Source: a virus
Lineage: Duplodnaviria > Caudoviricetes
IMG/VR virus record: IMGVR_UViG_3300042923_000172
Location: 1 to 38,240 of that record
Length of the DNA stretch: 38,240 nt
Strand: one strand, 5' to 3'
The notes under the pieces are model-generated. The model was not told where the DNA came from. It saw only the letters and a program-made list of their open reading frames with translations, and ran no database searches. Shown one piece after another: positions 1 through 9,922 of the stretch (its first letter is position 1; every line of letters starts with the position of its first letter). A program made the position numbers and the translations under genes.

Positions 1-127
1 TACGCCAAAATGATAGGAAAGAGGTTTGAAAGATTAACCGTTGTTGATTATGTTGGTTTGGATAAATATAAATTAAAAATTTGGAAATGTATTTGCGATT
101 GTGGAAACACAAAAAACGTTAAAGGAA
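1..127. repeat. 127-bp terminal overlap identical to 38114-38240 (circular contig)
   Basis: TACGCCAAAATG...GTTAAAGGAA occurs at both ends; 127 matches a common assembler k-mer overlap. Confidence 0.95.
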
Positions 128-636
128 CATTTTTAAAACGTGGATTAACACAAAGTTGTGGTTGTTTACAAAAAGAAAGAACATCCAAAGCTAATAAAAC
201 GCATGGAATGAGTAGGGAAAAGTTTTTCCAAGCGTGGATCAACATGGTTAGGCGTTGCCATTGGGATGGAGATACCCAATATTCCAATTATGGCGGTAGA
301 GGTATAACAGTTTGCAAACGTTGGCGAAATGATTTTTCGGAATTTAAAGAGGATATGTTGCCAACATATAAAGAAGGGTTGCAACTTGAAAGAATTGATA
401 ATTCAAAGGGATATGATCCGACAAATTGCAAATGGGAAACACCAACAAATCAAGCTAGAAATAGGCGTAATAATTCGCATTATGAATACAATGGAAAACT
501 TTTAACTGTTTCAGAAATTCACGAACGATACAACCCACATGGATTAGCATACACAACAATAAACAGTAGGTTAAAAAGTGGAATGAACGTTGAGAAATCA
601 ATACAAAAAGAAAGAGTGAGAGCCGGTTCATTTTAA
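10..636 (+). CDS. Putative HNH homing endonuclease (YGGRGI-type, N-terminal CxCxCG...SCGC)
   Basis: Motifs WKCICDCG, SCGC, YGGRGITVC, LERIDNSKGYDPTNCKW. Confidence 0.8.
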   Translation: MIGKRFERLTVVDYVGLDKYKLKIWKCICDCGNTKNVKGTFLKRGLTQSCGCLQKERTSKANKTHGMSREKFFQAWINMVRRCHWDGDTQYSNYGGRGITVCKRWRNDFSEFKEDMLPTYKEGLQLERIDNSKGYDPTNCKWETPTNQARNRRNNSHYEYNGKLLTVSEIHERYNPHGLAYTTINSRLKSGMNVEKSIQKERVRAGSF

Positions 637-649
637 CCGGCTTTTTTTT
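621..649 (+). terminator. Rho-independent terminator
   Basis: AGCCGGTT-cattt-TAACCGGCT followed by a T-run. Confidence 0.8.
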
Positions 650-764
650 GCGTATTTTGTCGATTTTTATTTTTCTAATATTTTCATATTTTTAGTAGAC
701 AAGCATATAGTAATAGTTTACCATAGGAGATGTAGAAGTTATAGAAATTATAGGAAGGAGGCAA

Positions 765-926
765 ATGATGAAAAAGGAGCAACGCAACATAGAAATTAGC
801 GAGGATATTTGGCGTAAAGTTGGATCATTAGCCGCAGAAATGGGCATTACAAAAAAAGATTTTGTTAGGGATGCCCTAACTAATTGGATTGTAGAAATAG
901 AAAACAGTCCAAGCGAAAATAAATAA
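765..926 (+). CDS. Small ribbon-helix-helix-like DNA-binding protein (53 aa; not in ORF track)
   Basis: MMKKEQRNIEISEDIWRKVGSLAAEMGITKKDFVRDAL; RBS GGAAGGAGG. Confidence 0.65.
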   Translation: MMKKEQRNIEISEDIWRKVGSLAAEMGITKKDFVRDALTNWIVEIENSPSENK

Positions 927-947
927 ATAAATAGTGGAGGGGTAAAC

Positions 948-1448
948 ATGGCGAATAGTCTTTACAATTTAACAACAGAATTTTTACAAGTTGCCGCACA
1001 ATTAGAGGAAATGGATTTAGAAAAAGAAATAATTGCCGATACCTTAGAGGCGTTACAATTACCGATTGAAGAAAAGGCTGAAAACGTAATTAAATTCGTT
1101 AAAAATTTAGAGGCAATGGCAGAGGCTAGAAAAACGGAGGCCAAACGTTTAACAGAATTGGCGGCAAAAGACACAAAAAAAGCAGAGAAATTATTAAGTT
1201 ATTTGGATGATAATTTAAAAATGTTGGGTAAAACAAAATTAACGGCCGGAGTTTTTCAGTTGAGTTACCGCAAAGGATCAGAAGTAATAGAGATTGACGA
1301 GGCAAAATTACCCGATTTTTATTGGGTTCCGCAACCTGCAAAGCCAATGAGCAAGGTGGAGTTAAAAGCTGTTTTAAAAGCCAATCCGGGCGTTACAATT
1401 GAGGGTGTTAGTGTAGTAAGAAAACCGGATAGTTTGGTGGTGAAATAA
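948..1448 (+). CDS. Siphovirus Gp157 family protein
   Basis: SLYNLT start, DTLEAL..IEEKAEN, C-terminal GVSVVRKPDSLVVK; lies upstream of ERF. Confidence 0.85.
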   Translation: MANSLYNLTTEFLQVAAQLEEMDLEKEIIADTLEALQLPIEEKAENVIKFVKNLEAMAEARKTEAKRLTELAAKDTKKAEKLLSYLDDNLKMLGKTKLTAGVFQLSYRKGSEVIEIDEAKLPDFYWVPQPAKPMSKVELKAVLKANPGVTIEGVSVVRKPDSLVVK

Positions 1449-2152
1449 TGAAACGTAGCGAAACAATAAGTGAATTAGCAAAAGCATTGGTTAAGTTCAA
1501 TTCGGAAGTTTCAAAAATTGCAAAGGATGCCGCAAACCCTTTTTTTAAAAACAATTATGCAACGTTGGATAATATCATTGATGAAGTTAGGCCGGTATTA
1601 TATAAAAATGGTTTATCGTTAATGCAATTTCCAAGCGGTGATGAAAGCGGCCTAGTTTCAGTTTCAACATTTTTAATGCATGAGAGTGGTGAATGGATGG
1701 AAAGCGAACCGTTAACAATGAAGCCTATTAAAAACGATCCGCAAGCAATAGGGAGTTGTATTACATATGCCCGGCGTTATAGCTTGCAAGCGTTTTTAAA
1801 CTTGAATACAGGTGAGGATGATGATGGGAACGGCGCAAGCCATAACAACCCACCGAAGCAACAACCAAAACAACAACGGCCACCGAAAGAACAACCACCA
1901 AAAAAGCAACAAGAAACACAGAAACCAACAGGCGGCGGCAATACAATTAGTGATAAACAATTAAAATTATTAAATACTCTTATTACAAGAATGGAAAAAG
2001 AAAAAGGTTTTGGCCGAGATCGTGTGTTATATACTTTTAATACTAAACCCGAAATTGGCCATTTTGAAAGTTTAAAAGATTTAACAGTTGGACAAGCCTC
2101 TAAGGCTATTGAAATGCTACAAAAGGCGTTAGGTGATAATCCGAATGAATAA
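1448..2152 (+). CDS. erf: ERF family single-strand annealing protein
   Basis: NPFFKNNYATLD, HESGEWM, GSCITYARRYSL, GEDDDG motifs. Confidence 0.9.
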   Translation: MKRSETISELAKALVKFNSEVSKIAKDAANPFFKNNYATLDNIIDEVRPVLYKNGLSLMQFPSGDESGLVSVSTFLMHESGEWMESEPLTMKPIKNDPQAIGSCITYARRYSLQAFLNLNTGEDDDGNGASHNNPPKQQPKQQRPPKEQPPKKQQETQKPTGGGNTISDKQLKLLNTLITRMEKEKGFGRDRVLYTFNTKPEIGHFESLKDLTVGQASKAIEMLQKALGDNPNE

Positions 2153-2185
2153 GGTTTTACAATCCAAAATAACGGGAGGTAATAA

Positions 2186-2659
2186 ATGAATTATAAAAGT
2201 TTAACGAATGAACAAACGAGAGAAATGATAAATGATTATAAAAGCGGGTTATTTATGCGTGAGTTAGGTAGAAAATACGGCGTATCAAATACAACTATAA
2301 AAAATTATCTAAAAGCGGCGGGCGTTGAATTAAGGGATGCCCGCCAAGAAATTAAAAAATCAGCACATTCGAGGATTGGAATTAAAAATCCATTATATAA
2401 AAACGGAAAAAGAACGCATAAACAAGGGTATATAATGGTTAACGTTGGTGCTAACAAATATGTTTTAGAACACAGATTAGTTATGGAAAGGGAAATAGGT
2501 AGAAAATTGTTAGATAGCGAGGTTGTACACCATATCAATGGGATAAAGGATGATAACGATCCTATGAATTTATTTTTATTTAAAAATGTATCTAATCACA
2601 ATATTTACCACAGAAAAACCGAAAAAGGCGAAAGGATTGAGTTGAAATATGAGTATTAA
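2186..2659 (+). CDS. HNH endonuclease with N-terminal HTH
   Basis: EHRLVME...[18 protein letters not shown]; N-terminal [17 protein letters not shown]. Confidence 0.85.
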   Translation: MNYKSLTNEQTREMINDYKSGLFMRELGRKYGVSNTTIKNYLKAAGVELRDARQEIKKSAHSRIGIKNPLYKNGKRTHKQGYIMVNVGANKYVLEHRLVMEREIGRKLLDSEVVHHINGIKDDNDPMNLFLFKNVSNHNIYHRKTEKGERIELKYEY

Positions 2660-3116
2660 TAGTGTGGTTTTAGTTGGAAGGTTAACTAAGGAAATTGAAT
2701 TGAAATATACACCAAATGGAGTTGCGCTTGCAAATTACACAATTGCTATTAATCGAACATTCACAAACCAAAACGGAGAGAAAGAGGCCGATTTCATTAA
2801 TTGTGTATCATTTAAAAAGCAAGCCGAAAATATGGCGAATTTCTTGAAAAAAGGATCGTTAATTGGGGTAACAGGACGTATTCAAACGCGTAATTATGAC
2901 GGGCAAGATGGCAAACGTGTTTATATTACCGAGGTATTAGCCGAGAATGTACAGTTTTTGGAGCCTAGAGGGGCGAATACAGGCGCAAACGAACAATTGA
3001 ATACAAATACACCACCGAACAACCAAACGTCGAACACGGGCCAAAATACGCCGTCAAATGATCCGTTTGCAAATAGCGGACAAATTGAAATTAACGATGA
3101 TGATTTACCTTTTTAG
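2649..3116 (+). CDS. ssb: Single-stranded DNA-binding protein
   Basis: [11 protein letters not shown]...GRIQTRNYD...DDDLPF acidic tail. Confidence 0.95.
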   Translation: MSINSVVLVGRLTKEIELKYTPNGVALANYTIAINRTFTNQNGEKEADFINCVSFKKQAENMANFLKKGSLIGVTGRIQTRNYDGQDGKRVYITEVLAENVQFLEPRGANTGANEQLNTNTPPNNQTSNTGQNTPSNDPFANSGQIEINDDDLPF

Positions 3117-3128
3117 AATAAATCATCA

Positions 3129-3171
3129 TTGCATTTTTAATCCTTCCTTGTTAAAATATGGACAAGGAGGG
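3129..3171 (+). promoter_or_regulatory. SigA-like promoter inside an RBS-sequestering hairpin
   Basis: TTGCAT-17-TAAAAT; CCTTCCTTGT (3142-3151) pairs with ACAAGGAGGG (3162-3171). Confidence 0.6.
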
Positions 3172-3176
3172 GTTTT

Positions 3177-3752
3177 ATGAAATGGACAGATGAGTTAATA
3201 AAAACCGAGTTATTGAAAAGTATTAATGTTTTGGGGTTGGATCGTATGCCAACAGCCGAGGAATTGAAAGGTATTAACCGCAATGATTTGCATTGCAAAA
3301 TTAGCCGCACAAAAAAATATAGCGGTTGGGCCGAAGAATTGAATCTATCCTTAAAAAGTTGTACAACAAGAGCCGGGCAAAAATACGAGGGTGTATTGTT
3401 GGAGGTATTAAAAAACCAAGGTTATAAAGTCGAGGCCATGACAACAAAACACCCATATGATTTATTGGTAAATAGTGCTATAAAAATTGATGTTAAAGTT
3501 GCAAAACCATATTTATTGCGGGGTAAAGATCGAGTGCATACGTTTAATTTATCCAAGATCAAACCAACATGCGACATATATATATTAATTGCATTGGATG
3601 AAAACGAAAATATTGAACGTTTGTTTGTTATTCCTTCTCATTTTGTACAACAACCAATGGTTAATATGGGAAAAGAGAGTAAATATAATTTTTATGTTAA
3701 CTCATGGCATTATTTAACGGCGTTCGATGAGTTTTATAAAAAACTAGGTTAA
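3177..3752 (+). CDS. Putative PD-(D/E)XK endonuclease with N-terminal DNA-binding domain
   Basis: YEG...HPYDLLVN...KIDVKVA pattern. Confidence 0.65.
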   Translation: MKWTDELIKTELLKSINVLGLDRMPTAEELKGINRNDLHCKISRTKKYSGWAEELNLSLKSCTTRAGQKYEGVLLEVLKNQGYKVEAMTTKHPYDLLVNSAIKIDVKVAKPYLLRGKDRVHTFNLSKIKPTCDIYILIALDENENIERLFVIPSHFVQQPMVNMGKESKYNFYVNSWHYLTAFDEFYKKLG

Positions 3753-3893
3753 TAGGGGTTATTTCCATGAAAAAAAGGGGTAAACGGGCCAAAAAATACA
3801 TAAAGACTAGACAAAAAACGGCCGAAAAAGACAGATTAAAAGAGGCATGGCTAAATATTTTTAGAAAAAAGGGCCTTATTAAATAGGTGAGGT

Positions 3894-4082
3894 ATGGCGT
3901 TTATGAATAATAAAAATACAATACCAACCACAAGCGGCATAACGGCCGAAACATGCGGGCGATGTGGGCGGCTATTGAAAAACCAAAAGAGCCGCAATAA
4001 AGGATTTGGCCCGAAGTGTTTTAGAAAGTGGAAAGCAGATGGGCATCCTGTACAAACTGAAATTGATGAATTTTTAGAGTAG
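3894..4082 (+). CDS. Small Zn-finger protein (DUF6011-like)
   Basis: CGRCGRLLKNQKSRNKGFGPKC. Confidence 0.7.
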   Translation: MAFMNNKNTIPTTSGITAETCGRCGRLLKNQKSRNKGFGPKCFRKWKADGHPVQTEIDEFLE

Positions 4083-4125
4083 GCCGGGGATTAATTACCC
4101 CGGTTTTTGTTTTAATAGGTTATTG

Positions 4126-4157
4126 TTGTTTACAAAGTAAACAAATTACTGTACAAT
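4126..4157 (+). promoter_or_regulatory. SigA-like promoter overlapped by palindromic operator GTTTAC-N3-GTAAAC
   Basis: TTTACA-17-TACAAT; palindrome TTGTTTACAAAGTAAACAA. Confidence 0.65.
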
Positions 4158-4189
4158 AGGTTTATAGAATAATTTAGGAGGGGGATAAC

Positions 4190-4963
4190 ATGAAACACAT
4201 TATTAGTTTTTCCGGCGGGATCGGTTCATACATGGCCGCAAAACGAGTTATTGAGGAGCATGGAGCGGAAAACACTTTATTAGTTTTTACAGATACAAAA
4301 ATCGAGGATAATGATTTATATAGGTTTATGGATGATGCTGTTAAAGATTTAGGGGCCGAGTTTATAAAATTACAGGATGGACGGGATGTTTGGCAAGTAT
4401 TTTTCGATGAGAAATATATCGGTAACACCCGCAACGGCAATTGCACTCGCAATTTAAAACAAATTGTTTTTCGTAAATGGATTGAGGAGAATTATGCACC
4501 GGATCAATGCATTGTTTATATTGGCATTGATTGGAGCGAAGAATACCGGTATCAAAAGGCAATACCGCATTGGTTGCCATATACTGTAAAAGCGCCAATG
4601 TGTGATGCGCCATTTATGGATAAAAAAGAAATGTTTGAGGTTTTAAAAAATAGGGGCATTGAGTTGCCGAGGTTGTACCAAATGGGGTTTGCACATAATA
4701 ATTGCGGCGGTTTTTGCGTAAAGGCGGGCCATGGGCATTTTAAAAACCTATTGGAAAAGATGCCGGATCGTTTTAAATACCATGAAGAAAAAGAGCAAGA
4801 GTGGCAAATGGTAACCGGCAAAAAAAATACTATTTTAAGAGACAGAGCGGGCGGCAAAACAAAGCCATTAACATTAAAAGAGTTTAGAGAAAAAATAGAA
4901 AACGATAATATTAAACAATTAGATTTTGAAGATATTGGCGGGTGTGGTTGTTACCCGTACTAA
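4190..4963 (+). CDS. PAPS-reductase-like PP-loop (adenine nucleotide alpha hydrolase) protein, Cys-rich
   Basis: ISFSGGIGS PP-loop variant, CTRNLK, HNNCGGFCVKAG, C-terminal GGCGC. Confidence 0.75.
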   Translation: MKHIISFSGGIGSYMAAKRVIEEHGAENTLLVFTDTKIEDNDLYRFMDDAVKDLGAEFIKLQDGRDVWQVFFDEKYIGNTRNGNCTRNLKQIVFRKWIEENYAPDQCIVYIGIDWSEEYRYQKAIPHWLPYTVKAPMCDAPFMDKKEMFEVLKNRGIELPRLYQMGFAHNNCGGFCVKAGHGHFKNLLEKMPDRFKYHEEKEQEWQMVTGKKNTILRDRAGGKTKPLTLKEFREKIENDNIKQLDFEDIGGCGCYPY

Positions 4964-5101
4964 CAAGGCCCGGGCAACCGGGTTTTTTATTTGCCAAATT
5001 ATCAGTATATGCAAATTTTTATAAAATATTCTAAAAATATACTTGTACTATTTTGTAAAGTGAGGTAATATAATAATAGATTTAGAAAAGGAGGGCCGAC
5101 A

Positions 5102-5272
5102 ATGAACGAGTTGTTAACAATTAAAGAAATGGCCGAAAAATTAAAAGTTAGCCGCCAAACTATTTACGAATGGCGTAAAAAGGGTATGCCATATAAAACC
5201 ATTGGTGCCGTTATTCGTTTTGATATTAATGAGGTTGTAATTTGGATCGAAAAGCAAAACGAGGGGCAATGA
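5102..5272 (+). CDS. Excisionase-like/HTH_17 DNA-binding protein (56 aa; not in ORF track)
   Basis: MNELLTIKEMAEKLKVSRQTIYEWRKKGMPYKTIGAVIRFD; RBS AAGGAGG. Confidence 0.8.
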   Translation: MNELLTIKEMAEKLKVSRQTIYEWRKKGMPYKTIGAVIRFDINEVVIWIEKQNEGQ

Positions 5273-5273
5273 A

Positions 5274-6035
5274 ATGGCTAATCCGCAAGCTGAAAACGGT
5301 TATACAAGATTAGCCAACGAAATATTGGAGATAATGGCCAAAGTTAAATTAAGTCCAACGCAATACCGTTTGTTGTTTGTTGTTTGGCGTTTTACATATG
5401 GTTTTAACCGTAAAAGCCATAATTTTAGTTTAGGTTTTTTGGCTAATGCAACCGGATGCGATAAAAGGAGCATACAAAGAGATTTAACCAAACTAGAAGA
5501 AAAAAAAGTAATATTACAAGAAGTAAAAAACGGGGTTGGCCGAGTGATTGAATTTAATAAAAATTACGATGATTGGTTTGAAAGCATTGGCGAAACTACC
5601 AATGGTCAAATAGCCAATGGTCAAATAGCCAATGGCGAAACTACCAACACAAGCGTTGGCGAAACTACCAATGGTACCATTGGCGAAATAGCCAACCAAG
5701 AAAGAAATAAAGAAAACTATAAAGAAAATACTACTACAACAGACTGCTTTAATTTTTACGAACAAAATTTTGGATTATTAACTTTTCATATTAGCCAAAA
5801 GATAGGAGCATGGTTAGAAGATTTTAACGATCAAGACGAAATACTTATTTATGCCATGCAAATTGCATTAGAACGAAATAAACGTAATTTTGGTTATGCG
5901 GAAAGTATTTTAAAAGATTGGTATAGCAAAAACGCTAAGAGTTTAAAAGATTGTGAGGCATTACAAAACGAGTTTTTAAGAGTAAATGTTAAACCGCACA
6001 AAAAACAAAACAATATAGATTGGGAAAACGTATAG
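5274..6035 (+). CDS. Replication initiator (lambda O-like N-terminus plus DnaD-like C-terminal domain)
   Basis: ANPQAENGYTRLANEILE...RFTYGFN; FYEQNFG...YAESILKDW. Confidence 0.85.
   Translation: MANPQAENGYTRLANEILEIMAKVKLSPTQYRLLFVVWRFTYGFNRKSHNFSLGFLANATGCDKRSIQRDLTKLEEKKVILQEVKNGVGRVIEFNKNYDDWFESIGETTNGQIANGQIANGETTNTSVGETTNGTIGEIANQERNKENYKENTTTTDCFNFYEQNFGLLTFHISQKIGAWLEDFNDQDEILIYAMQIALERNKRNFGYAESILKDWYSKNAKSLKDCEALQNEFLRVNVKPHKKQNNIDWENV
5588..5695 (+). repeat. Six 15-bp iterons, probable replication origin
   Basis: TGGCGAAACTACCAA / TGGTCAAATAGCCAA units at 5588, 5603, 5618, 5633, 5657, 5681, followed by an A-rich tract. Confidence 0.8.
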
Positions 6036-6045
6036 GAGGGCGAAT

Positions 6046-6414
6046 ATGGAGCGGGAGCAAACCAAGGAAATTATTAAAATAATTAAATTGGCGTTTGGTA
6101 ATAAATTTGTTGTCGATGATCCGAAAAGTTTAGTTGATACATGGCACCGTTTTTTAAAAGATTATGAGTTTAATATGATTTACAACAATTTAGAGTTGTA
6201 TATTAAAAACAATCAATTTGCACCAAGCATTGCAGATTTAATTAAACCGCCAAAAGTAGAAATGGATAGATATGTACCAACAGCCGAAGAAACCAAATTG
6301 TATTTGGATGAACAAGAGCGGATTAGAAAACAAGTGTTAAACGATCCGAAAGTTGAGGAGGCCCGAGAAAAGGCCCAACTAGAGATTAGGCGCATATTAG
6401 GCATTAGGAGGTAA
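6046..6414 (+). CDS. Helicase loader/inhibitor (SPP1 G39P-like)
   Basis: VDTWHRFLKDY...YIKNNQFAPSIADL; lies between initiator and DnaB. Confidence 0.75.
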   Translation: MEREQTKEIIKIIKLAFGNKFVVDDPKSLVDTWHRFLKDYEFNMIYNNLELYIKNNQFAPSIADLIKPPKVEMDRYVPTAEETKLYLDEQERIRKQVLNDPKVEEAREKAQLEIRRILGIRR

Positions 6415-7742
6415 TGACGTTGGAGAACATAGAACAAATTTACCTATACAACCAAGAAACCGAAATTGCGGTATTAGGGGCCATCTTATTGGAGCCGGAA
6501 TTAATTAAAGATTGCCCGTTAAAACCGGATTATTTTACACCGGGAAAGCATCATAATTTATTTTGGGCCATGCGGGATATGGATAACAAAGGCATACCAA
6601 TTGATATTGTTACCATTTTGGAGCGTGTAGGGGCGGCGAAAATTGAAAGAATAGGCGGCATATCCTATTTGAGCGAATTGGCAAGCGCAATGCCCACAAC
6701 AGCGAATTTTAAATACTATTGCGGCATCATACAGGAGCATTACCAAAAACGCCAAGCGATTACCATTGCCAACCGGATTAAAGAGGAGGCAACATTAGGG
6801 AATCCGTTAGAGGCAATACAATCGGGAGTTACCGATTTAATGGCCATTGAAGATAGCGGAAACGATGAGGACGATGGAGATATAAAAAATGATTTAGTTG
6901 CCATGTATGATGATTTAGAAAACGCAACCGGGGAAATAACAGGAATTGCAACCGGGTTTAACGAATTGGATCGAATGACAGGCGGCTATAAACCGGGAGA
7001 TTTAATTATTGTTGGTGCAAGGCCAAGTATGGGGAAAACAGCATATGCCATTAACAAGGCTATTAACGTTGGTACTAAAACCGATGATGTTGCCGCTATT
7101 TTCAGTTTAGAAATGAGCCGCAAACAGTTATTACAAAGAGGAGCCGCAACCATAGGTAACATTGATGCGCAACGAATGAAAGCCGCCGCATTACATTTTA
7201 CCGGGAATGATTGGAGCAACCTAACCCATGCGATGGGCCAATTATCGAATAGTAATATAAAAATATTCGAGAAAGCGGGCGTGGATGTTAATTACATATG
7301 GGCAAAGGTTAGAAAGTTAAAACGCCAATATGAGGGCCGCCGGATCATGGTAATTATTGATTACTTGCAACTGATTGTTGGGAGCAAAAAACATGGCGGA
7401 AACCGCACCGCCGAAATTGGAGAAATTAGCCGCACATTAAAAACAATGGCCCGGGAATTAAACGTTGTTGTTGTTGCTTTATCACAGTTGAGCCGAGGGG
7501 TGGAACAACGCCAAGACAAACGGCCTATGATGAGTGATATAAGAGAGAGTGGGCAAATAGAACAGGATGCCGATATAATCCAATTTTTATATCGTGAGGA
7601 TTATTACGATAAAGAGAGCGAAAACAAAAATATTATTGAAATTATTATGGCCAAGCACCGAAACGGCCCGGTTGGTAACGTGCAATTGGCGTTTATTAAG
7701 GAGTATGGGAAGTTTGTAAACCTTGAAAGGCGTTTAAATTAA
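6414..7742 (+). CDS. dnaB: Replicative DNA helicase
   Basis: GARPSMGKT Walker A, IDYLQL, LSQLSR, DIRESGQIEQDAD. Confidence 0.95.
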   Translation: MTLENIEQIYLYNQETEIAVLGAILLEPELIKDCPLKPDYFTPGKHHNLFWAMRDMDNKGIPIDIVTILERVGAAKIERIGGISYLSELASAMPTTANFKYYCGIIQEHYQKRQAITIANRIKEEATLGNPLEAIQSGVTDLMAIEDSGNDEDDGDIKNDLVAMYDDLENATGEITGIATGFNELDRMTGGYKPGDLIIVGARPSMGKTAYAINKAINVGTKTDDVAAIFSLEMSRKQLLQRGAATIGNIDAQRMKAAALHFTGNDWSNLTHAMGQLSNSNIKIFEKAGVDVNYIWAKVRKLKRQYEGRRIMVIIDYLQLIVGSKKHGGNRTAEIGEISRTLKTMARELNVVVVALSQLSRGVEQRQDKRPMMSDIRESGQIEQDADIIQFLYREDYYDKESENKNIIEIIMAKHRNGPVGNVQLAFIKEYGKFVNLERRLN

Positions 7743-7844
7743 TTTGTCCAAGCTATGAAAATAAAAAAATATTACCATTTGTGGATAATGTTAGGGTTAT
7801 TGTGGATAACTTTACATTTTATATACCCAAAAAGGGGGTGGCGT

Positions 7845-8351
7845 ATGTCAAAGGTATGTAAAGAGTGTGGAGGTACCGGCATGGCGATTAATAACAAGTT
7901 TTGCCGGTGTACCGATGGAAAGTTACAAAAGGCGATGCATGAGGCGAGGTTAAAAAGTGAGGTACAACGAGCGAAAGAAAATGAGATCAAGGCAAAGGCG
8001 GTTATACATGCCGCCAATGAAATAAAAAGAAAACGGGGCGAAATTATTCCCGGTGATCCAGTAACAGAAATGCAAAACAGTTGGGCCGAACAATTAAAAG
8101 TTAATGTTGGTGATTGGATAGAGTATGGCGATACGGTAGGTGTTGTTGATGCAATTGATAATACAGGCCGCATACGTTTTATAGGTTATAAGAATAAAAA
8201 AACGGGGCGGTTGGATAATTCCCAAGGTTGGATTAATGGGGCCAGTAAAAAAACATTGCCGTTGGAAAGATTTGATGATGCTAACAAATTTTTAATTGAT
8301 TTGGCATTAATGACAAGGGATTTTGAATGGTTGGAGGAATTGACGAAATGA
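7845..8351 (+). CDS. Hypothetical protein with N-terminal CxxC and C-terminal IDEAL-like motif
   Basis: Start moved to MSKVCKECGG after RBS GGGGGTG; LIDLALMTRDFEWLEEL. Confidence 0.6.
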   Translation: MSKVCKECGGTGMAINNKFCRCTDGKLQKAMHEARLKSEVQRAKENEIKAKAVIHAANEIKRKRGEIIPGDPVTEMQNSWAEQLKVNVGDWIEYGDTVGVVDAIDNTGRIRFIGYKNKKTGRLDNSQGWINGASKKTLPLERFDDANKFLIDLALMTRDFEWLEELTK

Positions 8352-8500
8352 CATTTAAACATTATATCGCCAGTTGTATTGCTTGCTTTATGGTTTGGGC
8401 ATTAAGTTCCAAAGGGTTAACGAGTTTTGAAATTTTTGTAACAAGTGTATGCGGTATGTTGTATTACGAGGTTATTTTAAGAAGGGGGCGAAATCGTTGA
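8348..8500 (+). CDS. Small membrane protein (50 aa)
   Basis: ATGA-coupled to the upstream gene; hydrophobic MTFKHYIASCIACFMVWAL. Confidence 0.55.
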   Translation: MTFKHYIASCIACFMVWALSSKGLTSFEIFVTSVCGMLYYEVILRRGRNR

Positions 8501-8862
8501 ACGTTGTTAGTAAATTAGAAAACTATTTAAAACAGTTGGCGCACCCGTTTTATAAAAGAGTTGATGAGTTTAGGGATGAAGTAAAAAGGGAGGCACTATT
8601 AAAGGCCGCCGACAAGTACCCGGAGCCATTTAACCCGCAAAGTTGGACAAGCGAACAATTGGCCAAACACGCAATGGCCGAAAATTACGATCAAGGAAAT
8701 TACATAATTGGTTTATATGACAAATGCGTGGAGTTAGAGGAACGATTAAAAGAAATGCAAATAGAGGCCGAATATTGGCGATTGCGTTGCATTAAAGAGG
8801 GCGATAAGGGTTTAACACCCGTTAATATTAAAAAACCGAAATACGCCGATTTAGACGATTAA
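8497..8862 (+). CDS. Hypothetical phage protein
   Basis: ORF track; probable TTG start after GGGGG RBS. Confidence 0.6.
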   Translation: MNVVSKLENYLKQLAHPFYKRVDEFRDEVKREALLKAADKYPEPFNPQSWTSEQLAKHAMAENYDQGNYIIGLYDKCVELEERLKEMQIEAEYWRLRCIKEGDKGLTPVNIKKPKYADLDD

Positions 8863-8870
8863 AAAGGGGG

Positions 8871-9605
8871 ATGGAAAGAATGAATGTAAAATTATTAGCA
8901 CACACAAAAATTGAATGTGATTTTGAAGCGGAAATGATCGAAGCGGGGTTTAATTACAACGCAACCCACGGCCAAGTATTAGCTTTATCAGCTATTCGCA
9001 CATGTTACAGTCACACGGAGCCAAGCAAAATTGCGTTAGAAGAAGGGCAAAAGTATTTTGGCACTAAAGCAAAAGAGGGTGAGGGCACCGATGCCGATAG
9101 ACTGATTAGGCATATTATCAATAGCGGCCATACAAGCACCATGGAACATATTAACTTTACATTTGCGGTTGAAGGGGTTAGCCGCTCATTATTGGCCCAA
9201 TTAACGAGGCATAGGCATTTTAGTTATTCAGTTCAATCACAAAGATACACCCGTTTTGAAAGTGATTCTAAAAGCGGTGGATTTGATTATGTAACGCCGC
9301 CAACAGTACAGGATAAAGAATTAGAGTTCGCCTATAAAAACATAATGGACTATATACAAAGTATGTATGATTGGTTGAGGGAAAGAGGATTAAAAGCAGA
9401 GGATGCACGTTATATATTACCAAATGCCACGACATGTAATTTAACATTTACGGGCAATTTGAGGGGGTTATTGGAGTTTTACAGTAAACGAAACCCAAAT
9501 ACCCACGCTCAATGGGAAATACAAGAATTTGCCGAAAAAATCAAAGAGGCGGTTATTGATGTGGAGCCTTGGACAAAACAATTTTTCGAGGTTGCTAGTA
9601 AATGA
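8871..9605 (+). CDS. thyX: FAD-dependent thymidylate synthase
   Basis: GHTSTMEH, RHRHFSYSVQSQRY signature, EDARYILP, HAQWEI. Confidence 0.95.
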   Translation: MERMNVKLLAHTKIECDFEAEMIEAGFNYNATHGQVLALSAIRTCYSHTEPSKIALEEGQKYFGTKAKEGEGTDADRLIRHIINSGHTSTMEHINFTFAVEGVSRSLLAQLTRHRHFSYSVQSQRYTRFESDSKSGGFDYVTPPTVQDKELEFAYKNIMDYIQSMYDWLRERGLKAEDARYILPNATTCNLTFTGNLRGLLEFYSKRNPNTHAQWEIQEFAEKIKEAVIDVEPWTKQFFEVASK

Positions 9606-9922
9606 GTTTTAATCAAGGTTGGTTTTGCAAAGAATGTGGCCCGGTTAAAGAAAGTAAAAAACGATCCATTGCAAAAGTACAATATGATTGTTGTAAAGAT
9701 TGCGGCGGGATCGTTACCGAATGGGAGCGGCCATTAAACGAACGAGCCGGAAGGTGCCGCAATTGTGCGGCATCCGGTTTTGAAATGGCTATTCACAAAG
9801 GGCATTTAATACGGAATTGCAAAACGTGTAACGAGGTTTACGACATTGATGCTGATAAGTTAATACAAAAAGGAAAAGAGGAGTTTAAATATGAGCGATC
9901 AAAAAAGCAACGCATTGGATAG
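9602..9922 (+). CDS. Multi-CxxC zinc-binding protein
   Basis: Four CxxC pairs. Confidence 0.6.
   Translation: MSFNQGWFCKECGPVKESKKRSIAKVQYDCCKDCGGIVTEWERPLNERAGRCRNCAASGFEMAIHKGHLIRNCKTCNEVYDIDADKLIQKGKEEFKYERSKKQRIG

Noticed and set aside
5102-5272. Excisionase implying integration
   Set aside because: No integrase or att-like context was found; HTH_17 proteins upstream of initiators are often regulators.
5588-5695. 15-bp repeats as a novel element or protein repeat
   Set aside because: Explained by lambda-O-type origin iterons inside the initiator gene.
8648-8678. CAAGCGAACAATTGGCCAAACACGCA as a seventh cassette site
   Set aside because: It lacks the TTAR start, lies mid-ORF and shows no compositional change; probably a coincidental SEQLA codon run.
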